From a virus (lineage: Duplodnaviria; Caudoviricetes), in IMG/VR virus record IMGVR_UViG_3300034150_000083, positions 1-64,000 of that record: 64,000 nt of DNA; one strand, written 5' to 3'. This document shows positions 57,988-64,000 of the stretch, one piece after another. Made by a program: the position numbers and the translations under genes. Under the pieces are notes generated by a model. The model was not told the DNA's origin and did no database searches. It saw only the letters and a program-made list of their open reading frames with translations. Numbering within the stretch: position 1 is the stretch's first letter; each line of letters starts with the position of its first letter.

Positions 57988-58202
57988 ACGAACAAGAGAT
58001 TCTCAACCGGGTCCGCGAGGCGATCGCCTGCCTGGACGAGGCAGCCAACCATCTCCCGATCGACAATCGGTTCCAGCGCAAGCTACATACCCGCATCCAG
58101 GACGCGGGCGACCGACTGGTCGAGGTCCGAGAGGAACTGCAGATCGAGGTCGAGGCGGCGGAGAAGCTCCGCCGCGTGCTTGAGCGTAAAACTACTACTT
58201 AG
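57984..58202 (+). CDS. small coiled-coil protein
   Basis: ATGA coupling. Confidence 0.7.
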   Translation: MNEQEILNRVREAIACLDEAANHLPIDNRFQRKLHTRIQDAGDRLVEVREELQIEVEAAEKLRRVLERKTTT

Positions 58203-58602
58203 GCTGCGGAGTCGGAGGCAGTGTCGGAGGCTTGATGCCGCCCGTAGGAGGCTTGCCATCAGCGTCCACCAGGATCCAGCGATACCGGGCATGCTCGGTC
58301 CCGATCACGAAGACCAACAGCCAGCACTTGCCGCTGACACCATCGCCGGGGTTCAGCGGGGGCCAGATGGTTCCTGGAGGTGTCGGCGTAGGCAGCGTAT
58401 TGTCCGGCCCGACAGGAATGTGGATCGGGTAGGACGGATGCCCGCCCGAGGGCAGCGTATTGTCCGGAAGGTTCACACCTGGCGGCGTGGGAGGCAGCAC
58501 GATCGGGTTAGAGGGCCGGTGGATGGGATGGCCTTGGCCGTAGCCGGGATCGACGGGGCGACCTTCAGAATCGACGGGGATGATCATCGCAAGGGTGCTC
58601 AT
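58195..58602 (-). CDS. proline-rich protein with PDNTLP repeats
   Basis: Lone leftward gene; PDNTLP twice; C-terminal WLLVFVIG..YRWI. Confidence 0.65.
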   Translation of the reverse strand: MSTLAMIIPVDSEGRPVDPGYGQGHPIHRPSNPIVLPPTPPGVNLPDNTLPSGGHPSYPIHIPVGPDNTLPTPTPPGTIWPPLNPGDGVSGKCWLLVFVIGTEHARYRWILVDADGKPPTGGIKPPTLPPTPQPK

Positions 58603-58635
58603 ACCGCTATGGTATTCCCAATCCTGAAAAAGTCC

Positions 58636-58664
58636 TTGCGCAAAAGGAATGCTATTGATAGACT
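58636..58664 (+). promoter_or_regulatory. promoter TTGCGC-17-TAGACT with TTGCGCAA operator over the -35
   Basis: Hexamers read directly. Confidence 0.7.
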
Positions 58665-58668
58665 TGAC

Positions 58669-58779
58669 CCGTTCGACGGAAGCAGCGAGGATTGATCCCC
58701 CCGCTGTACGAACGGAATCGCCGGAAACCGGGCGGGGTATCCCCTCCAGGACCCCGCCCCCGGCTAGCCTGGAGGGCAC
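58669..58779 (+). ncRNA. structured 5' leader with H-type pseudoknot covering the RBS
   Basis: S1 58730-58738/58751-58759, S2 58742-58750/58768-58776, both 9 bp perfect; upstream hairpin 58669-58715. Confidence 0.6.
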
Positions 58780-59637
58780 ATGAAATCACTGCCATATTTC
58801 CACTGGTATCCAGCGGATGCCGAAACAGATGAGAACTTCTCTGCCATGAGTGATGAGGAGGTAGGATTCCTCCTCCGCTGCCTGAATCACAGTTGGATCA
58901 ACGGCAGTCTGCCAGCAGACCTCAAGGCACTGGCACGTACCAGGAAGGTCAACTACAACCACCTAGTGAAAATGTGGTTACGGGTAGGGCGGTGTTTTCA
59001 GCCCTCAGAAAGTGACCCTAGTCGTCTTGTAAACAAACGTCAGGAAGAGGAACGCGCAAAGGCTGTAAACAAAAGCCTTGCCGCATCAAAGTCCGTTCGG
59101 ACTCGCTACGAAAGCTCTACGAACGTAGATACGAACGTAGTACGTTCGAAGGACGTTCGTAGCGAAAACGTAGCTCTACGCGCGTCTGAATCTGAATCTG
59201 TATCTGTAGCTTCTTGTTCTTCTGATTCCGGAACGGAAAAATCTCCAGTTCTAGTAACCCCTTCGAAAGCTCGTTGGGAAGTCGACGACCAGTTCGCGGC
59301 GTTTGTCTCGGCGTGGCGGGAAGCGCAACCCAACTGCCTCCCCAGCGAGTTCGATGACGCCTACCGGCCCTTCCTGGCCCTCGCCTTCGACCAGAGGGTC
59401 GCGGCGGTCAGGGGGATCAGCCAGCGCGTCAGGACGGGCCTCTGGACGCCAGCAAAGTGGCAAATGTGCGGGAAGCCTGCCAAGTATCTCCAAGCGGAAT
59501 GGAGGCGCGTCATCCCAGAGGCGGTCGACGTTCCCCGCAAGCAATCGAAGGGAGAGATCCTGATGGCAGAAATGAACGAGTGGGCGGAAGAGGAGGATCG
59601 GCGCCGTGCAGAAGTTAACCGCCGCGCAGGCAACTAG
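58780..59637 (+). CDS. phage replication initiator (DUF1376/YdaU-like N-terminus)
   Basis: LPYFHWYPAD...MSDEEVG.LLR.L..SW..GSLP; internal iteron-like repeats. Confidence 0.8.
   Translation: MKSLPYFHWYPADAETDENFSAMSDEEVGFLLRCLNHSWINGSLPADLKALARTRKVNYNHLVKMWLRVGRCFQPSESDPSRLVNKRQEEERAKAVNKSLAASKSVRTRYESSTNVDTNVVRSKDVRSENVALRASESESVSVASCSSDSGTEKSPVLVTPSKARWEVDDQFAAFVSAWREAQPNCLPSEFDDAYRPFLALAFDQRVAAVRGISQRVRTGLWTPAKWQMCGKPAKYLQAEWRRVIPEAVDVPRKQSKGEILMAEMNEWAEEEDRRRAEVNRRAGN
59107..59225. repeat. putative iteron origin within initiator gene
   Basis: TACGAACGTAG at 59118 and 59130, inverted ACGTTCGTAG at 59153, then TCTGAA/TCTGTA hexamer tandem 59185-59208 and T-rich tract. Confidence 0.65.
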
Positions 59638-60136
59638 GCAAATCAACCGTCTGAGCGGTCTTCCCCGCTTCGCCGAACTGGGCAAGCCGGGAATCGGCGA
59701 AATGGTCCGCGTGCTTTGCGACCGTGCCTCAGGCGAGGACCATGCCGAGCGCACGGTCACCGCCTGGATCGACAACAACAAGTGGCTGCCCACTTGCGCG
59801 GAGTTGATCGAGGCGCTCGACCTGACGCCGGCGAAAACCGCGGCGCTCAAGCCGAACTGGGAGTGCGACCACTGTCAGGGGAGCGCCTTCGAACGCACTT
59901 GGCTCCTGGTGACCTACGTGCGCCATCCGAGCGGGCACCAGAAAGACTGCGAGGAGAAGGAAATCACGGCTGAGGTGGCCGCGCAACTGATAACCGAGGT
60001 CGACGGCCACTACCAGAAAGTCGCCAGCGCCGTGAAGTACTGTCGGTGCAGTTTCGGACAGGAGATCAAACGGCAGCGGATTGCCAGAATGCACGAGGAC
60101 GAACAGAAGTCTCACAAGGGCAGCAGGAGGGCATGA
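59606..60136 (+). CDS. putative helicase loader / replication partner with Zn motif
   Basis: WLPTCAEL motif, CDHC...CRC; directly after initiator. Confidence 0.55.
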   Translation: MQKLTAAQATRQINRLSGLPRFAELGKPGIGEMVRVLCDRASGEDHAERTVTAWIDNNKWLPTCAELIEALDLTPAKTAALKPNWECDHCQGSAFERTWLLVTYVRHPSGHQKDCEEKEITAEVAAQLITEVDGHYQKVASAVKYCRCSFGQEIKRQRIARMHEDEQKSHKGSRRA

Positions 60137-60279
60137 TGACTCTCGAGGAGCTTCAAAAGGCCATGGAGAAGAAGTGGGAACGTCTGCCGGCGGAACCGAC
60201 CAAGCCCAAGGGCGAGAAGATCACCGAGCGGAGCGAAGCCGAGATCAACCAACTGCTGAAGGACATTGGAGCCGTATGA
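60133..60279 (+). CDS. small hypothetical protein
   Basis: SD AGGAGG. Confidence 0.65.
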   Translation: MMTLEELQKAMEKKWERLPAEPTKPKGEKITERSEAEINQLLKDIGAV

Positions 60280-60515
60280 GCGACAACGACGCAATGGCGA
60301 CCCTCCGCTTTGACTTCCCCGAGATGGCGGTGCGCCTCGCCGAGGCTATGCACAACGCCCGGCGGCCGCCCGGGCGCTCCACGGGGCAGATACTGGATGC
60401 GATGCACAAGCACAAGGCTGCCGAGCTGATGCGCGGCGCGCAGGCGATGCGCGATTATTTCGAGGAGGTCATCGCCCAAGCGGTATTCGGCACCGGGAAA
60501 GAGAGAGTCCAGTGA
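60276..60515 (+). CDS. hypothetical protein
   Basis: ATGA coupling, SD GGAG. Confidence 0.65.
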   Translation: MSDNDAMATLRFDFPEMAVRLAEAMHNARRPPGRSTGQILDAMHKHKAAELMRGAQAMRDYFEEVIAQAVFGTGKERVQ

Positions 60516-60775
60516 ACCTGACCCGCAGCGACCTCGTCAACATCGAGAAAGGCAAGACGGTCGAGTTCGACCAGTGCGAGATGGCGGTCCTCATCGCCGA
60601 GGGGATCTTCCACACGCCGCGCCCGCCGGACCTGACCGCCGAGCAGTTCGTCGAGCGCCTCGGGCCGAAGGTCGGGCAGCGGTTCATGGATGCCGCCGAG
60701 AACGTCTACCGCTATTTCGCCACGCAGCTCAACCATACCGGGATCGTGGAGAAGGTGATCAAGGTCGAGCCATGA
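60512..60775 (+). CDS. hypothetical protein similar in pattern to 60276-60515
   Basis: Both have E(M)A..(L/I)AE..H..R.P...T..Q....(A/F)M..A.....Y(F) pattern. Confidence 0.65.
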   Translation: MNLTRSDLVNIEKGKTVEFDQCEMAVLIAEGIFHTPRPPDLTAEQFVERLGPKVGQRFMDAAENVYRYFATQLNHTGIVEKVIKVEP

Positions 60776-61749
60776 GCGCCATCATCCAGCCCGGCAAAAA
60801 TATCCAGAAGAACCGGGTCGATGCCATCGAGACGATCCTGACTTTTCTGTTCATGTGCGAAAGCGCCAACGACGATATCGACGCCCACGAGTGGAAGTAC
60901 GAGTGCCCCGAAGGCTATCAAGCGATGAAGAAGTTCTTCGACTTCCCCCTGTCGCACTTTGACGGTGCCGAAGCCTCCTGGCTCTACGAGTCGCTGCGGG
61001 GGATGCAGAACCACGAGAAGCTGTACTACTTTCCGACCGACCCAAAGGATCAGGAGGAGTTGATCCAACTGCCGATCAAGTGGGACGCCTGCCAAGCCAC
61101 CTACTACGACGCGATTCCGGACGTTTACGACGACGTGAAGGCCACCTACCTCATGTCGCTGCGGCGCGTGAGGGAAGTCCCGCTCAAGATGGTCCGGGGC
61201 CTGTTCCGGCTCCGCTCCTCCAAGGTGGTCGAACAGGCGATCGCGCACCTGTTCAACAACGGCACATACCGTACCACCCGCCAGTTTCTGCAGTATTTCG
61301 GGGGCACTTGGCACATCGTGGCCGCGCCGTTTGAATTTGAAAAGCCGGAGCCGCTCGACGAAGAAGAGAGCATCTCGCTGCTCGGGTTCAAGTCGATGTC
61401 GTTCACCAACGAATACGAGTGGTACGTCAACGTGGGCTACAACCGGGCGGTGATGCCCACTATCGCGATCGGGACCGATCCGCTCGGGGCCAAGGAAGTC
61501 TTCAAACTGCGCGACATCCCGCCAGGCCGCTCGCGCCGCGAAGCCCTGCGCAACTGGGTCTCGGGCCACTGGCGACAGGCGCGGCGCGAGGAAAACCCGG
61601 AGACCTACATCTGGCCGCACTTGCGGGGCGCTGAAGAGTTTACCTGGAACGGCTTGTACTGCAAGATCCAGCCGTCGCCCTACGATCTGCGGAAGGCCGC
61701 CGAATATCAAAAACTCAAGGGGGTGTCGAGTGCTCGGACGAAGGTGTGA
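60772..61749 (+). CDS. hypothetical protein with GHWR and PHLRG motifs
   Basis: ATGA coupling; 325 aa. Confidence 0.75.
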   Translation: MSAIIQPGKNIQKNRVDAIETILTFLFMCESANDDIDAHEWKYECPEGYQAMKKFFDFPLSHFDGAEASWLYESLRGMQNHEKLYYFPTDPKDQEELIQLPIKWDACQATYYDAIPDVYDDVKATYLMSLRRVREVPLKMVRGLFRLRSSKVVEQAIAHLFNNGTYRTTRQFLQYFGGTWHIVAAPFEFEKPEPLDEEESISLLGFKSMSFTNEYEWYVNVGYNRAVMPTIAIGTDPLGAKEVFKLRDIPPGRSRREALRNWVSGHWRQARREENPETYIWPHLRGAEEFTWNGLYCKIQPSPYDLRKAAEYQKLKGVSSARTKV

Positions 61750-61894
61750 GAACTGCGGGAAGATCGTGGCCGCGTGGATGCCCTGCCACTGCCTGCCGAA
61801 TGCGCCGGAACTGCTGCGGCTGCATGTGAGCCGGCACGCTGGTGGCGGAAGGAATCAGGAGTGGAACACCGTTCGCCGCATACCTAAGGCTTAG
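61730..61894 (+). CDS. small zinc-finger protein (54 aa, not in ORF track)
   Basis: GTG after GGGG; CENC...CHC. Confidence 0.45.
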   Translation: MLGRRCENCGKIVAAWMPCHCLPNAPELLRLHVSRHAGGGRNQEWNTVRRIPKA

Positions 61895-62345
61895 GTTTGT
61901 ACAGCAAGTGCTGGCCCGCATGACTGACGTGGACGCTGCCGTCCGGCTTCCGCACCGTCTGCCATCCCGCCTGCTTGAAACAGTAGCCGGGATTGACGCT
62001 CTTGATCTTCGCCGGGTCGACGTAGGTGTACAGGCGGTTAGGGCCCCAGCGCTCGAAGGCAATCTCTTCGCATTCGAGGATGATGTCGCTCGAGCGCCGC
62101 GAGGACTCGTTGCGGAAGATGGCGCAGTTGTAGCCCGTCTGGCCGTCCATCCGCTTGTCCTCGTCCGGAAACATCCAGCCGAAGAGCACGTCGCCGGGCG
62201 CATCGCGGATGACGATCTTGCGACCGCTGTACAGGAACTGCCGGGCGCCGACCGTCCGGCGGGAATAGTGACGGTCGGCCAGCATGGCCATTTCCCCATC
62301 GAAGTGGGTGGTGACGATGAGCTTGTCTGAGAAGGCGAATCTCAA
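61884..62345 (-). CDS. Mom-like GNAT-fold protein (candidate DNA base modification)
   Basis: ADRHYSR, CAIFRNE, SSDII, TYVD, NPGYCFKQAGW motifs. Confidence 0.55.
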   Translation of the reverse strand: MRFAFSDKLIVTTHFDGEMAMLADRHYSRRTVGARQFLYSGRKIVIRDAPGDVLFGWMFPDEDKRMDGQTGYNCAIFRNESSRRSSDIILECEEIAFERWGPNRLYTYVDPAKIKSVNPGYCFKQAGWQTVRKPDGSVHVSHAGQHLLYKPKP

Positions 62346-62572
62346 AGGCGTCCCAGTACCGCCAGTTTAAGGCGGCCGTAGAGTTTGCCGGCGTGATAGG
62401 CGACCTTCTCGGGCCAGACCAGATCCCGGCAGTGGACCTGAGAGCCGTCGACGAAGAGCACACGCATCAGCCGCCGTTCGCCCGTCATGCCGTAGAGCGC
62501 GATAATCTGGCCGGGGAAGGCCCCCCGGAAGTGGGGGGCCGTCAGTTCTACGAGAGGACGGGGGTTCGGCAT
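62342..62572 (-). CDS. hypothetical protein
   Basis: Coupled on both sides. Confidence 0.55.
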   Translation of the reverse strand: MPNPRPLVELTAPHFRGAFPGQIIALYGMTGERRLMRVLFVDGSQVHCRDLVWPEKVAYHAGKLYGRLKLAVLGRL

Positions 62573-62859
62573 ACGATGGCACCCGTGCTATCGATGGTCA
62601 CGGTCGCGCCGTCCGGCCACGTAAACACCGCCTGCATGGCTCCGGACTCCTGGACGACGTAGGAGATCCGCTGTAAGGCGGCGATGATTCCGGAGGTCGA
62701 GATCTCGATCGGCGCGGCGGGCCGCTTGGCCGCGCGCTTGGCGTGTACCATCTCGACGATCTCCGTATCCCTCGCCACCGCGAGAGCCTCCTTGCGCTTG
62801 CGCGCGGTGTACTTCTTCATGTAGGCGCGCCGATTGGCGCGTTGTTCATCAGTTGGCAT
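62548..62859 (-). CDS. basic hypothetical protein
   Basis: Start MPTDEQR with AAAGGAA SD. Confidence 0.6.
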   Translation of the reverse strand: MPTDEQRANRRAYMKKYTARKRKEALAVARDTEIVEMVHAKRAAKRPAAPIEISTSGIIAALQRISYVVQESGAMQAVFTWPDGATVTIDSTGAIVCRTPVLS

Positions 62860-63685
62860 TGGGTTCCTTTTCAAGTTGTATGGCGTCACACGCCGGATTT
62901 GCGAGGTCCACTGTTGTACACAGATATCGGTTGGTCACCGCGAGGGACGAGTGCCCGAGCGTGACCTGAATTTGGGTGAGGTCGGCTTTGCCCTTCAAGG
63001 CGAGGCGGGCAAAAGTGCGGCGGAGATCGTGCGGCGCGAGCTGCGGAACGCCGATCCGCTTCCCGGCCTTTTTCACGATCGCGTGAATGTGATCGGCGGT
63101 GATCCCGCCGTCGAGGAGCCGCTTGCCGCGCACTCCCCGCAGCACGGTCCCGCTGGAGATGCCCGCCGCGCCGAGCCAGTCGTGCAGAGCCTTGACGCTC
63201 CAGGCCGGCAGCGGCACTGTCCGGACCCGCTGCCCTTTCCCGGTGATGTCGAGCAGCACGGTGCGCCCGTCGAGGGTCTGGACATGGGCCACGGTGAGAG
63301 CGGCGAGCTCGGACCTTCGCAGCGCGCACCCGCAGAGCAGTGCCAGCAGGCAGCGGTCGCGCGCCTCGGAGAGCTTGGCCGACGGCGAGAGCAGCGCGGT
63401 CACCTGATCGAGCGAGAGCCAAGTGCCCATCCTGACGCCGCGCACCGGGATCGTCTTGATCGCCTCGATCCCCGCCAGTTCTTGCGCCGGGGCCGTCTGG
63501 CGCGCCAGATGTTTCAGCGCCGCCAGGTGCAGGTTCACGGTATTGGGCGCATAGCCCGAGTCCCGGCGCTCGGCCACGTAGCGCTGAATGGACGCCGCGG
63601 TCATCTCGCCGTCGTAGTTGCGCCAGATCGCCGCGTAACGGTCGCGCGAGTTCCGCGAGTTGAGCGTTTCCAGGTGCGTGTTCAT
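62849..63685 (-). CDS. tyrosine recombinase (XerC-like, no arm-binding domain)
   Basis: Catalytic R (LRRSEL), K (GKG), H-x-x-R (HDLRR), LGH, Y (TNRY); 278 aa. Confidence 0.92.
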   Translation of the reverse strand: MNTHLETLNSRNSRDRYAAIWRNYDGEMTAASIQRYVAERRDSGYAPNTVNLHLAALKHLARQTAPAQELAGIEAIKTIPVRGVRMGTWLSLDQVTALLSPSAKLSEARDRCLLALLCGCALRRSELAALTVAHVQTLDGRTVLLDITGKGQRVRTVPLPAWSVKALHDWLGAAGISSGTVLRGVRGKRLLDGGITADHIHAIVKKAGKRIGVPQLAPHDLRRTFARLALKGKADLTQIQVTLGHSSLAVTNRYLCTTVDLANPACDAIQLEKEPNAN

Positions 63686-63873
63686 TTGGGTGCCCGCGCC
63701 CACAGACTCAGAATGAGCCTCGCCATAATCTGGTCCGGCTTATTCAGACGGTCGGTCAGCCGCACCGACCCGTACCCGCCGTTCACCACCACCGAGCCGT
63801 CTTCCTCGGCATACGCTTCAAACGCGGGCATGCGCGTTTCCTCAGGGAGTGTCAATATAATCAATCGGTCCAC
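63682..63873 (-). CDS. small hypothetical protein
   Basis: GTG start; stop overlaps recombinase ATG. Confidence 0.55.
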   Translation of the reverse strand: MDRLIILTLPEETRMPAFEAYAEEDGSVVVNGGYGSVRLTDRLNKPDQIMARLILSLWARAPK

Positions 63874-63883
63874 CTCGCTATCA

Positions 63884-63939
63884 TTCTAAGCGAATCGGTC
63901 TTGAGATCGCAAATAATTGTGTTTACAATAGGATTGTAA
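63884..63939. promoter_or_regulatory. divergent promoters with TTACAAT-3-ATTGTAA operator
   Basis: Plus: TTGAGA-17-TACAAT (63901-63929); minus: TTGCGA-18-TAGAAT; inverted repeat 63923-63939 overlaps the plus -10. Confidence 0.65.
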
Positions 63940-63953
63940 TGCCACACGTCGTT

Positions 63954-64000
63954 ATGAAGCTATTGAGCAACGAGGAGGTCGACCTCCTGCACAGCAAAGC
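63954..64000 (+). CDS. start of a rightward gene (truncated by window)
   Basis: ATG downstream of plus promoter, MKLLSNEEVDLLHSK. Confidence 0.45.
   Translation, partial: MKLLSNEEVDLLHSK

Noticed and set aside
63906-63933. dif-like site ATCGCAAATAA-TTGTGT-TTACAATAGGA
   Set aside because: Only the ATAA-N6-TTA core matches, likely by chance in an AT-rich promoter
1-64000. tRNA, CRISPR array, reverse transcriptase/DGR, IS elements, phage RNA or DNA polymerase
   Set aside because: No cloverleaf, repeat-spacer array, RT or transposase motifs or polymerase motifs recognised by eye; a tRNAscan and HMM run would be needed to exclude them fully

Overview
The window is most of a GC-rich (roughly 60-65% by eye) tailed dsDNA phage or prophage with podovirus-like architecture; the host cannot be determined from the sequence. 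Layout: leftward cluster of small early genes (1-4.8 kb); putative terS, a poorly coding G-skewed segment and small accessory genes (4.9-11.7 kb); terL, portal, scaffold, major capsid, head-tail proteins and tailspike (11.8-30 kb); ejection-type proteins ending in a 4172-aa polyvalent protein with a DarB-like methyltransferase plus SNF2 helicase (30.5-47.1 kb); a collagen-like fibre module (47.1-52.3 kb); recombination, nuclease, QueD plus TGT-like and replication genes (52.3-61.9 kb); and a leftward Mom-like GNAT and tyrosine recombinase (61.9-63.9 kb). The most striking observations are: (1) a probable overprinted TnpV-like gene in the +1 frame inside the giant gene, with its Shine-Dalgarno encoded by a poly-Gly linker; (2) a perfect 9+9 bp H-type pseudoknot covering the RBS of the replication initiator; (3) a TTGCGCAA palindrome embedded in sigma70-type promoters at several loci; (4) a minimal QueD + TGT-like pair alongside two other candidate anti-restriction functions. 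All protein family calls are from motif recognition by eye, not database searches.
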